Source: Amoebophrya sp. A120
Taxonomy: Eukaryota > Protista > Dinoflagellata
Length of the DNA stretch: 64,000 nt
Direction: 5' to 3'
Assembly: GCA_905178155.1 (NCBI GenBank)
Contig: CAJINV010000003.1
Span: 1 to 64,000, forward strand
In this document: positions 34,656 to 47,300 of the stretch, one piece after another
Position numbering within the stretch: the stretch's first letter is position 1
How the letters are laid out: each line of letters begins with the position of its first letter
Position numbers and translations under genes: made by a program
Notes under the pieces: model-generated
Databases searched by the model: none
What the model was told of the DNA's origin: nothing
The model's input: the letters and a program-made list of their open reading frames with translations, nothing else

Positions 34656-37600
34656 ATGGGTACCAGAGTCGCAGAGCGGTGGCCGTGGTGGTCGTTCCTG
34701 CGGACAGTAGTCCTGGTGTGGTTGTTCACTCCGGGGTGCTGTTTTAGTAGTACCTTTTATGTTGATGTCGGCCACGCAGCTTTCTTGACTCCCATCCAGG
34801 GGCTTCGCTTCTCAGTGGTCAAAAGGCACTCGAGCGCGAAGTCGGCGACCGTTATACACCAACCTCGCTCGTCGCGCCCGAAGCCGGCCCGGATTTATCG
34901 AGAGCAACCAGGAGTGGAGAACCAGATAGAGGAGAATACAGGGCCATCTTCCCGTGGCGAGCACGACGACATCACTCTGCAACATGCAATATTATCTGGA
35001 GTCACCGAGAAGGACGTCGATAAAGGTCGTGCACGAAAGAGCTACGCGCCTGTAAAAACTGCTGAGTCCGGTGCTGGTCCGCCGTTTCTGCAAGTGGACG
35101 TCGAAAGGGAAAGAATTGCACGGGACAAGATATCAGACGCGAGTGGACAAGAAGAAGAATTTCACAAGAAGCGGGAAATATTAGATTACGTACCTGTGGA
35201 ACTACAACAGACCGTACTAGAACTGAACAGAGCGCCCTTATCCGAGCCTGGCGAGGATGGCATAGGGGCCTCGGGCGTCGATGGTGGCTGTGTGCTCTGT
35301 CCCGAACTTGGCGTGGCCGGCCCCGTGCTGACCGTGATCGGGGTACTGCTCATAATCTCGGCCGCCATAGCCATGTGTCTCTACTGCGGTGGCGACGACG
35401 AGGCGAAGGTGCGGGCCATCTACAACGCGCGCGAACATCAACATCATCAACTACAACCCGGAGGTGCTGCTCATGGATACGGCTACGGTGGTAGCCCTGG
35501 TGGCCACGGGGGTCACGCGGACCACCAAACCTACGGGGCGGCAAGTACTACAACCGGTGCGCCGGGAAATAGATGGCGCCAAAACCACAACCAGCGCGAC
35601 AACGATATCACCAAGCTGAACGTGGAATTTACGGAGGCCGAGCAGGCGCTGCTGGCGGACGGATTCACGCCGAGATATGCGCGGATGCTGGCGGGTTTGG
35701 TCGCGGGCGACTTGCACGTGGACGATGAGCCGGTGCCGCCGCCGCAGGGCCACCGGGATCTCGCGGTCATGCAGCGGCTGCAGTTTGGCGGAATCGGCAA
35801 CGCCGGCGAGTTGCGCCAGCTCTTCGGGAAAAAGGTGCGGCAAAAGCGGGAAAACAAGTGGCGGGGCGTATCCTGATTAAAAACGTCCCCACACCAGAGT
35901 CAAGATGGGGATTTTGCAACACAAACCTAGGAGTTTTGGGAGTCACGCATGACAAGTTTCAGTCCGTAAGGTAGTGCAAGTTAGCAAGGAAAGCCGCACC
36001 ACAAATCGATTTGCCAATCCTGTTTACAGCATTACAAGTTCCCAAACACGATTGAAAATGCCTGTCATGGGGTTGCGCATCACAAATGTTCCTGTCGTGG
36101 CAAATCTGCATGGCAACTCTGGTGTGGGGACGTTTTTACTCAGGATAGGGCGCGCAACTGAATGACCCGGGGATGGGATACTGGGAGACCGTATCAAGTG
36201 TAAAAATGTCTGGGTCTGGAAGAATGAAACTTGTGATGCTGAACTTGGATTCCAAAAGAATCTGTATTGCATGAGCAGCAAAGAGAACGCAACTCGTGCT
36301 GAGCGGACGAGAGGGCATTTGTCATGCGGAATAAGCATCAAGAAGCCGTCAAAGAATCTGTGATGCTAGGGCATGCATCACCGACATCATGGCTTATGTA
36401 AAACGTGCATGACAAGTATCAGAATCTTCCCGACCCAGACCACATAGTTGCAATCCATAAACCGCATTGCGCGCGGACGGTTTTTCGCCGGAGGCCGCCA
36501 AAGGCGTCGCGCGGGGGATTGCGATGGGACGGGACCCGGAGTTTATCCTTCCGTCGCCGCAGTGGGGCCGGGACCTGGCCCTGTGGCACGAGAGATCCCT
36601 CGGAGGAGCCGAGTGTCTCGCGGAGGTCAAGGGGGCGTTTGCGCGTAAGAAACCGCCGAAGCGCGAGGACCTCGCCGTGAACACGATCCGCGGGGCAGTG
36701 GTCATAACCCCGACCTTCGAGGAGGCGCTGGCCGTGACCACCGCCCACGGGCTCTCGCCGGAGTATTCGAAGGTTTTGTCCGGCATTCTGTGTGTGACGA
36801 CAAGTACCAACACCGCTGCCGCGGCCCGGCCGCTGCCGCAGGCGACTTTACCAGTAGACCAGGAAGTGCTCGAGGCCCTGCGATTCGCGCCCGGCGATAC
36901 GGTCGGCGAGATGATGCGGTTTCTGTCGCCCCGCGTGCAGAAGAAGCGGCAGGCTTTGCATATGGGGGCGCAGGCAACAGTGTCAACGCAGGAGGCGGAG
37001 GCGACGTTGAAAGCCGCGGGGCTGTCGCCCTCGGTCGCGTCGCTGCTTGCGGTTAAACTCGCGCAGCCCGGGGAGGGGAAGAGGCAAATAGTAGAACAAA
37101 CCCAGGGGCTAATTGCGGCCGATAAGGACGCCCTGGCCGCCCTCGGCATTGGCGGCACGGAGACGGCGGCGGAGCTGCGGGGTGTGGTCGCCGCGAAGAC
37201 CGAAAAGCGGAAGAAGCTCGCCGAGGACCTGGGGAACCAGGCGGATTTATCCGCAACGGAGGCCGAGACGACGCTGAAAGCGGCGGGTATTTCTCCCTCT
37301 GTCGCGTCGCTCTTGGCCGTCAAACTCGCGAACCCCGGGGACTCCAAAAAGGCTCAAGTGGAAACACCGCACCTCACCGCGGCGGACCAGGACGCGCTTG
37401 CGGCCCTAGGGTTAAACGGCGCGGCCACCCACGCGGAAATGCGGGGCGTGCTGTTCGCAAAGACCGAGAAGCGGAAGAAGGTAGCGCGACACCAGGGAAA
37501 AATGGAACAGACGTTGAAGGAGGAGGGTTTGTCGCCCTCCGTCGCGTCGTTGCTCGCGGTTAAACTCGCGAACCCCGGGGCGAATCAGGTATTAGAAACG

Positions 37601-40600
37601 GAGGCGCTGAACGTGGCAGACCAGAACGCGTTGGCGGCTCTGGGACTCGGCGGGGCGGCGACCCACGCGGAGATGCAGGGCGCCCTGTTCGCGAAAGCGG
37701 AGACGAAGAAGAAGGTGGCCCAGGAACAGGGGAAAATGGAGGCGGCGCTGAAGGAGGAGGGAGTGTCGCCGGCGGCAGCGTCACTACTCGCTTTGCGGTT
37801 GGCGAACCCCGCCGAAGCGGCGGCCAAACTAGAGACCACCGACCTGGCGGAAACCGACCGGCAGGCGCTCGCCGCGCTCGGACTCGGCGGCACGGAAACC
37901 GCCGCGGAGCTAAAAGGCGCCCTGGCCGCAAAAACGAAAAAGAAGAAAAAGAAGAAGGTGGCACCAGTAGCCGCTGTGGTTCCTGAATTGCAGCCGGCTT
38001 GGCAGCCAGAGGTTACCGAAGTGGAAATCGCGTTGAAGGACGTTGGGTTGTCGGAGAAGTACCGAAAGCAGCTTGCCACGCAGATCGCGACGGCGAAAAT
38101 AGAGCCGGGCACTGCCATTGTCCGCCCGGAGGGGAAGGATCTTCGTATTTTGCGCGACCTGGGCTTCGGCGAGCACGAGACGGCATTGACGTTGAAATTA
38201 GCGCTTCAGCCACCGCCGGTGAAGAAGACGCCGAAGAGGAAAGTCAAAAAGAAGCAGGTCGCGGGCATAGGTCAACAACCGAGTGCAGCAATCCCGTCGC
38301 CGCCGGCGCCCGGGCAGGATGACGACGAAAACTTTGCGGGCGGGCCGGGCGGAAAAACCACGACGTCAAAGCATACCAAGGGTGGTGCAGCTCCGGGTGT
38401 AAAAAAGAAGAGAACCAAGTCGTTGGACCGGAGTGATTTGTCTAGCGAGGTTTCCAATAATTCCAGTTTGTCCTCCTCGAAGCGGCGCCCGAAGAAAGTC
38501 GTGAAGAAGGCTATCAAAGACAGCGCTGGCGTGACGACCGCGGAGGACGACACAGACGACTCAACGAAAGGCACGAAAAATAAGGCGAAGAAAGAAAAGC
38601 TAAAAAAGACTGCAAGCGGAAACAAACTTGTGGGCGACGGCGTTGTGTTGCAAGGAGCCGGTGATATCACAACCGAGGAAGATGAAGATAGCACAAGCAG
38701 CAAGAAGACGCCCAAGAAGAAAGACAAAGACAGCAAAAAGGCATCGAAAGACAAAGACAAACTTCGAGGACAAGAAGACGGAGATGACACTAGCGGCGGT
38801 GCGGGAGCGGATGTAAGGAAAAAGAAGAAGGACAAATCTGAAAAACAGCAGGAGAAAAAGAAACACGCAGCACCAGCTGAGAAGGCTGATTTGCAGCTGA
38901 ATCTGCAAGCGGACGTTGCCGACGACCCGGACGGAAAAACGCCGCAGGAAACCGCCGTGTCGAGCGCGCCACTCGTATTGAAGGCTCGCAAGAAGAGAAA
39001 AGACAAGGCGGAAAAAAACGAGCCCGTGCTAACTGCGGACAGCTACGGGCACGAGGCCCGCGCGGTCTTCGAGCAGGCCATCGTGTCCAAGGGTTTGACG
39101 CCCGCGTACGCGAAGAAGCTGGCCACCGCGCTGGCAAACCCCGACATCGACGAGACGGGGGTGGACCTGCCCGCCGCGGAGGGCGCCGATCTTGAAGTCT
39201 TGACGAATGTCATGGGCGGCGCCATCGGAACCACCACGGAGCACGCGCAGCTCGCGCGGGCGCAGTTCATCAAGGTCGCGGCGGCCCTGCCGCCGGAGGC
39301 ATTAGTCGAAATCGACACCGACCTGGAGTCGGCGCCGACGGAAGCGCCGGCTGGCGCGGAAGCGGAGGAGGAAGTCGCGGAGGAGGAGGACGCCGCGGTC
39401 GGTTCGGAGGAGGGCGGTATTGCTTCGGAGGTAGAAGAGCCCGGAACAATCCCTCCCTCGGGAGATCGTTCCTCGCCCCCGGGCGTAGAGGACGGGTCGG
39501 TTCCGGCGGCGATAAGTCCACCCGTAGCTGCCCCCGTCCGCGCTTCCGCGGCCGAGCGCTCGATGCTCGAGCAGCTTTCGCCCTCGCAGCTCGCAGAGAT
39601 AGAAAACCTAGAGAAAATGTATGCCGAGGCGGGCTTCTCTCCCGGCTACGCCAAGCAGGCGGCGATTCGGATCGTCACGCAAGACGCCGGCGTAATTCCG
39701 GACGACTGGACCGAAAGCGCGGATCCGATCACCGCTACCGAGAAAGACGAGCAGTTGGTGGCCGCCCTCGGGTTCAAACCAGACGCGGTGACTACGGCGC
39801 ATTCGAAAATGGACAAGTTCATGAAACAAACCGCCCAGGAGAAGAAGAAAGCGGATTTGGAAGCGGAAAAAAAACAGCTCGAGGAGAAGCGCGCCGCGCT
39901 GGACGCGCTCGCGCAGCCGGGGTGCTGCTGCCGGGGAAGCGCCGCGGCGGTGGCGGCTTTGGAGGAAATTGACGCGAGCCTGGTTTTGCTGGAAGCCGCC
40001 CGCGTGGCGCTCGAGGCCGCGATTGCCGAGACGGCCGAGGAGGTGAAACACACCGAAACAGCACAAGGTGCGACTCCCTCCGTGGAGAACGCAGTAAAAG
40101 CGGACGAGGCCAAGGCCGCGCTGGTGAAACAAGGCGTGGACGCCGCGGCCGCAGAGCAGCTTGCGGAAAAACTGGCCAACGCCGAGAACGTGGCGATCAA
40201 GCTGACCGACGAGGACCGCGCACAGCTCGCGCCCGTGCTTGGTAACAGCCCGGCGGGTCAGGAAGTTGCCGGAGTCGAGGATGTTGGCCAGCAGCACGCG
40301 GCTTCTTCACCTCAACTGGACTACGGGCAGTTGACGTCGCAGCTGATGAAAACGCAAGCCGACTGCTTCGTCCAGTCGCTGTCCCCGGAGGCCTTCGATT
40401 TCTACTGCGACGGCAAGCGGCTCGCGTCGTCCGCGCCCATGTCTGTCTGCCCATCGTCATCCGTCCCGGAGGGGGACGGTGGGCAGCACAACTACACGGG
40501 GGAAGGAATTCCGGTCTCCGAGCTCACGAGCACCGACTTCGCGAACTTCCAACCCACCTCCACCGTCGACGAGGTCATCCTGTCCGGCGCGGGGGCGGCA

Positions 40601-40690
40601 CTCTCGCCCCAGCAAAAACGCAAGGTCATGAAGGACAGAATACGCAAGCAGCACGAGGAACTTGTGTCCAGCACCAGCGAGACAAGGTAG
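34656..40690 (+). CDS. Single-pass membrane protein with short ectodomain and long cytoplasmic helical-repeat tail (paralog 2); two introners
   Basis: Signal-like WWSFLRTVVLVWLF; TM GPVLTVIGVLLIISAAIAMCLYC; removing 35869-36147 and 36192-36459 gives KWRGAQLNDPGMGYWETALRADGFSP, matching KLKGAAMKDPGLGYWETLLRADGFSP in paralog 1; 1407-aa last exon. Confidence 0.85.
35869..36147. mobile_element. Introner family C
   Basis: Flanks gggcg/gggcg; TIR tatcctgattaaaaacgtccccacacc / ggtgtggggacgtttttactcaggata. Confidence 0.93.
36192..36459. mobile_element. Introner family A
   Basis: Flanks gaccg/aaccg; only 44 bp from the preceding element. Confidence 0.9.
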
Positions 40691-41466
40691 TAAAAGTAGA
40701 AAAACGCGAGTTGTTTTTGATGTGCGATGAAGAGAAAAGTACGACGAACTACGTCGAAGGTGCAGCGAATAGGTAGTACGGGCTGTAGCTGCGGTGGTCT
40801 TACTTTTGTCAACACTGCATTTTTATAACTAGAACTACTATACTCGAGAAGCGACGGTATGTGTTACTTCTCAATGTAAGTTTTGTACAACTGAAAACAT
40901 GCACTCGAATACCCATCTATGAGTTGAGAACGCCAGCGGTATGCGTTCGACTGATCATGAGACGTAAGCTACTCCAAGTACGTATTTGTGCCCATCCCAG
41001 TCTTTTTCTGTGGATGCACCTGTGTGTTCATGTTTGTCGGAGTTTCTGTACGCTTTTGGCACTCCTGATACGCAGATCCGTTTTTTTTTTCTTTAGTACC
41101 TGCTTGCTGAGCCAGATCCCGTGTAGGCTGGTATAAAGTTAGAACTTATGATGTCAAAACGACATTAAGATCATCAAAAGCCTTTGTCTTGTTTTTTCAC
41201 GGTACTATCTCTTGAGCTCGGTGAAATTTTGAATCTCTTGACGGGGTGAGCTCGGTGAAATTTTGAATCTCATCTACTCTTTTCAAAGCCTTGCGCAGCC
41301 GGATCTTGCATTTTTCTACAATACCGAGTGCAGTTCCGAATCGGTCAGTATCGTCTCTTGTTTGTTTCTGCGTAGAGAGGTAGAGGACAGCACACGTGCG
41401 AAGGTCATTGTGCGAGAAGTGGTACTACAACAGGTATAGTGGTAGAGGCAAGGAAAGCGTGGTCAT

Positions 41467-43517
41467 ATGCAGGCACAGTCGCGAGCTTGGACCGCCCTGG
41501 GCGAAGTCGAGTGTACGGACGGCGTGCGGTACGCTACGATTAACGGTGTACCGTACGAGGACCTCAGCACTATCGACATGGAGCAGTACGAGTGGGGAAA
41601 ATCCGTCTCTGCTCCCACCACCGGAGGCGTGCGGTATGATCCGCCTACCACTTGGAACCCGTACCTGGAAAACGACCTTTTTTACCACATCCGGCGGCAG
41701 GGACCCGGGACGGATCCGGGGGACGACGGCTGGTTGCATCCGTTCCACGACATACCAGCTCGTGGAGAGTTCAGGTTTCAGAATTATATTTTTGCAACGA
41801 TGCTTCTACATCACTTCATCTTCGCGTTGTATGATAAAAAAACTGCTGCCTGAATCTTACAAATCTTCTCATATGGTTACACACACAGGACGAACCCGCC
41901 ATCCGCTTTCGCGGACACTGTGGAAACCGGATTCGACGACGCTTTTAAAACCCTGAGGATTCGGTATCCAGTGCAAAAATTTCTGGGTCTGGAAGAATGC
42001 AACTTGTCATGCTAAATCTGAATCATGCAAAAATCTGTGTTGCATGATTAGACGAGGTCCCAGGATCAGGTAGACGAGGTCCCAGACCGAAGTGGTAGGC
42101 GCTTAGGGTGAACTATGTATGTAGCGCTTAGGGCCCTTCCGTACGGCCAATTTGTATGTCCCGCAACGGGGTTCGCCTAAGTCGGTCATTTGTATGCAAG
42201 GCGTTGGGTTACCCGGTCGGCAGAGCCGATCCACAACGAACGAACGATGATTCCCAAAAGTCGTCCGGTTTTGACCAAGTCGGGAGGGAGTCTCTTATGC
42301 AGGATAGGCATGATAGAGATCGTACAGAATCTGTCATGCTTGGCCCTGCATTCCAGACCTCATGCGTCATGGAAAAGCTCCATGACAAATCGCGCACTCT
42401 TCCAGACCCAGACATATTTGCATTTGATATTCGGCGCCTGTATGCGATGCAGAACAGACACTGCTCGTCGCGGAGCCTCTGGCCGCGGCGTGTCTATAAA
42501 AAATTCTCTGCAATGATAAATTAATAGTGATGTATGAACATTGGTTTTGGTAGACTTCAGTTCGCCACCATATGGTTTTTCTTTTTTCGTGATGCAGTTG
42601 TGAGGACATCTACGCCAGCACCTTTCTGTGTCACAGTCGTGCTGAGATGCTGCGCCGAATTCAGCTGTGGGAGTCGTGGAAGCGCCGTTTAGCTGATCTC
42701 TTGTGGAAGTGCAGAAAATACGCATTGCAAAGTTTCGATTGATATCGCATCGGGATGAAAAATGTGTTGGTTTTTTTTCCACCGTGAAAAATTGCAATTG
42801 GCTTTCTAAGTAAGCAGTACTTAGAACTAGAAGTTGTGCGGCCTTGTTTCGGCCAAGAAAGGTACTAATGGAAATCTGAATGTTGAATACTTACGGCAAA
42901 AATGAAATAGTGGATGCGATACTACTTTGACTTTTTCAGACGATAAAAAGCAGCGAATGGCTTTGGCAGGGAGCACGTACAACAACGAGACGCAAGAACA
43001 TGAACACGGGGACGACCTCCGGGAAGATGTTCCTTTGTGTCGCTACCCGCTCGTGGCCTTGTTGCTCCGGAGGCTGCAGACCAGTGCGGTTCAAGAAAAC
43101 CTAAGCGCTTTGGAGGCGCTGATCGGATTCGCGTTCGCGTGCGCGGAATTGCAAATGGTGGACGAGTTTGAATGCGAAAAAGCGCTGCGAACCTTGTCGG
43201 CGCGGGGGTACATGTATGAAGTGCAAAAGCCTCGTACTAGTATAAATTGCATTACAAATTTCCATGCCATGAGAGATGAAATTGGTAAATGCTGTTTTAG
43301 CTAAGGAAGGCGATATGTCATGCATGTCTGCAATTATTACGAGAGCGATACTTTTGCAGTGCATAACATGTCTGCGGAGGAGTCTGCAAAGTGGGAGCAG
43401 CAGCGCGAAGCCCTGCAGCTGCAACGGTTGCAGGATCTGTCCGAAATCTACGACGAGTTACCACCTATTTTGCACGGTGCTGCAAGAGGTACAACACTGG
43501 AGAGGCAGGAGGACTGA
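41467..43517 (+). CDS. Hypothetical protein(s), multi-exon, with canonical introns and two introners
   Basis: Coding-like segments 41467-41773, 41889-41964 plus 42435 onward (LRIRRLYAMQ) and ~42940-43517 (RGYMSAEESAKW after excision); may be one or two genes; start uncertain. Confidence 0.5.
41965..42429. mobile_element. Introner family A carrying a nested 197-bp insertion
   Basis: Flanks ttcgg/ttcgg; interior collinear with 31590 and 32728 copies except 42050-42246. Confidence 0.9.
42050..42246 (+). mobile_element. Putative truncated non-LTR retroposon/SINE-like insertion inside an introner
   Basis: Flanked by atgatt duplication; ends in a hairpin followed by an (aacg)3 tail. Confidence 0.55.
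43215..43365. mobile_element. Introner family E, 151 bp
   Basis: Flanks acatg/acatg; ends similar to 24277 copy. Confidence 0.9.
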
Positions 43518-44395
43518 GTTGACGAAAATCTCCTGCGTCACCTTGTTTTTAAACTGCGAAAAAAGAACTGCTCTCAACATCTCGACTACTTATTAACAAA
43601 TACTATTGTTCTTTACTGATACTGTTCTTCCAAACGTAATAGAGAGATATGTGGAACAATAATATCCCGCGCCGTTGTGCCTTCTCCACGGCGGTGCGAG
43701 CCCCAAGGATATTTACTATTCCGGCCCTCTAATACCGAAAAGAAAATGAAACAGCAGATATTTTCCGGCTCTTCTATTTTCCGGTTCTTTTGCCGGCGTC
43801 AAAGCCAAGAAAAAAAGGGAAAACAAAATGACAAGATCTTTTATTGATGAATTTCTCGGCTCTGCTAGCTGCAAAGAATCGACACAGTTTTTACCGACTC
43901 GACAAGGTTGCTGCGCGTTTGCAGTGAAGCCCGACCACGCAAGACCAGAGATGTTTTTGGCCCGCAGTCAACGGCAGAAGAAAATGATCCAGCCGCGTTA
44001 TGTTTTTTTGCCGACCTCTGCTTTCTTTCAATCGCACATCGCCTTCGTTTCCGAGGCAGGAGCAAGATCATAGCGGCTGTTTTTTTTCCGATTCAGAAGT
44101 AATGCCCACTGCGTCTTTTCACTGCTGAAAGCAGCTTTGTCAAAGCAAAAATCAAAACCGTTCATCTCTGCATAGATCTTCGAGCACGTCGTTCTGACAG
44201 CGTTAGCAAGGTCCTTGTTCACTGGATCATTTTTCTCTGCGGTGTTGCAGCCGTGTCGGGTAGTGAAGTTGTCTTGATGTCTTGTTCGTCCCTCGACAAT
44301 TTACCACATTACTGCAGTTAGGAGTTACAGTTAGTAAAGAGAAAGACGTTGCAGCAAAATACAATAAGACAGCACCTCCACAACCAGCGGTGAAG

Positions 44396-47300
44396 ATGTT
44401 GCGTCACAGTTTCTTCTTCGGAGGACTCTCCGCGGTGGTTTCCTCAGCCTCGTTTGTCTGGGGCTATAAACACAAGAAACGGAGCGCGTACGCAGCGAAT
44501 GCCGGAACAGATCAGCCGCCCATGCCGGGTGGAGCAGCGGACGGCCTGCAACGGCCGTTGCTCCTGCAAGAAGGTGGCGAGCTACAAGGTTCAGCAGCCG
44601 CGATGCAGCTGCCACAAGCCGCCGCGAGTTCTAGCAGCGACACCGCAACAGGCGTGCGAACGCTGATCCGCCAAGTGCCCGGCGGCGCCTCTTTGTCCTC
44701 CGGCGCCGTGGCGATTCCGCGCGGTAAGCTGCCAATTGCAGTGTCCACCACGACGGGACAAGGTTCGCAACTCCTTGCGCCGAGCGCGTTGCCCGGAGCG
44801 GCGCAGCCCTTTTTGAGTCAACCTAGTACCGTGGTGGCGCCGCAGACCTTGCTTCCCGAGGCAGAGGACCACGACCTGGCCAGCCTCGTCGACCACTACC
44901 GCGATCAGCTCCGCAAGAAACCGAAAAACGCTCCGGAGGCGGAAGCTGCCGGGGATCTGGAAACCGGCAACGCGTCTGGACCACTCCGGCGGCGGCGACG
45001 GAACAATGCTGCAGCGGCCGGGAGCGCGTCGCCCACTTCCTCTGAGACCGCCGCATTGACGAGCCACCAGCAGTTGGCCCCGCAGCAGAGCGAATATACC
45101 ACCGTGATGAGCTACACAGGCGACGGGCAACAAGGGAACGCAGCATCCAGCACCAGCGCAAACCCAGTCGCGCCGAACACGCAGCAATGTGGTGCCATGG
45201 CTCACGTGCGCAGAAGGTCCGGCGACCTCTCCATGGCGGCACTGAGGTTTAGCTTGGAGGAATCGACTCGCGACGCCTACATCGGAGTATCTGCCAGGTA
45301 TAGGTTTTGTTCTTGATTTTACTCTAGATATTTTACAACCACGACCAGAATCTTCAGGGGCGCATTGAATTTTTTTTCATGCACGTTTTGTTTGATGATA
45401 CTCGTCCATCTACGGACACTGCGGCTGCACCTCCACCCACTCTCGTCTCTGTTCGGGCCTACAAGTAGCTGATGTGAAAAAAATGTAGGGAGAAAGTGCG
45501 ACGGATTGGAGCGTTCTTGCGAAACGACATCATGAACGGGAAGATCGTGGCCACTATGAGCACCCTGGCGTTGGGACACATTATGGCGTCGCTTGTGGAG
45601 CCGGAGCTGCAAGAGAAGCCTGTAGTCGGGTCGCTAATCAACCTCGGGTTCTCCATCCCCTTCTATTTCGTCTTCTGGCTCGGCGACATGTGGGTAAGCT
45701 GGTTGTAGGACCTGTGCGGGATTCTTTATTGCGCTTGTTTTTTCTATCTTTCGATTTGATGTTGTTTCAACTCTTTTTGCATGATGTCAGAGGTAACGTA
45801 TTTATCTTGCGTCGACGAGTACAGTGATGGGGTTATCTTTATGGTTATCTGATCTTTTGTTTTCTTTGGACTGATTCCGTCTCTGTAACCATAACCTGTG
45901 TGTTGTTATGTCTGGTACGATATCGGAAACCTTGAGACAGTAAAAACACGTATACGTCGAAAACTTTCAACCCAGAACACGTGGGGCACGCCGAAGTTGC
46001 AGACGCTGAAGAGATATCAAATGCAAATATGTTAGGGTCTGGTAAGGTTGAACCTGTATTGCGTGTTTCGCATTCCTACAAAATCTGTATTGCATAAGCA
46101 GCAAATAAAGCACGAGTACCACACTTTCGTCATGTAAGAACGCAGTTTGTAATGCGTCCTGCGCATGACAGAACGTTTGAAAATTTTGTCATGCTGCGCC
46201 GCACTTAAAGTCACACTCAATCATGGCCATTCAGCATAACAAGTTTCCAGCCCCAGACATATTTGCAATGCATAATAGAAAGTACGGCGAGCTCGAAGCG
46301 AAGGTGGGGGAACTGAAGGTCGTGCGTATCAAATGCAAAAATGTCTGGGTCTGGAAGAATTCATGTTTGTCATGCTTGTCTGGCATGACTCTTAAATCTG
46401 TCATGCACGTTACCCAAGAGCTCCGTTTTTCTGTGATGCAGAAGCGCAGATTGTCATGCAGAATAGGCAACACCGAGGAGCTCAGAAACTCAAACTTGTC
46501 ATGCTGAGCCAGCATTTGTAGCCTTATTATGAGACGCCCCCTAGCATCACAAGTTTCCAGACCCAGACACTTTTACATTTGATAGTGCGTGACAATCTGC
46601 GAAAGTGGCGCAACAACGTCGAGTGGATCGCCCGGGGGGAGCGGTACGGCCTGTACGATGACGGAGCGAACGACATTACGGTATAGGTCGGGTTTAGTTT
46701 TTTCTTTTTACTATCGACTTGATAGTACTACTAGTAGATATAGCCAGCGGATGAACCTCGGTCTCGATCCCAAAACTTTTTCGTGCACTACCCTACGAGG
46801 AAATGATGTTGTTCCAGTTGATCATAGGATAAATAAAGAAATGATGATGTTGTTCCAGTTGATCATAGACAAAACTCAACTGCACACCCAGGTACAGCAG
46901 AGCATGGCGGAGTTGTTTGAAAAGTCGTTTCCGGCACCGGACGCCGCCTCGTCCTTCATGGCTTCGACGCAGTCCTCCGTGCCCGCCATGCCCTCCACAC
47001 AGCCGCTGCAGGCGGGCATTGCCGCCTACGCCGCCGCCGCCAAGGGCTTCCCGCACAAGGACGCGAAGGGCAACTGGATTCCCAACGAGTTCAGCGGACA
47101 AGGGCTGGACCCCAGTCGCGAGTCCTGGTTCAAATCGCTGGGGGAGCACACAAAAACGGAACTCCGCACGTATAACCTGCTCAGGTGTTACAATCTCAAA
47201 CGTTGCAATAGAATGATCTGGAGTTTGTGTTGCAAGAAGTGCATTATCTAGCCGAAACTCTCATAGGATTGCGCATGACAAGTTTCGGAGCTCCGAACCG

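Noticed and set aside
2080-41270. Short local duplications and simple repeats (2080-2195, 8910-8957, 9421-9453, 15162-15216, 41213-41270)
   Set aside because: Two-copy slippage-type duplications or homopolymers with no further structure.
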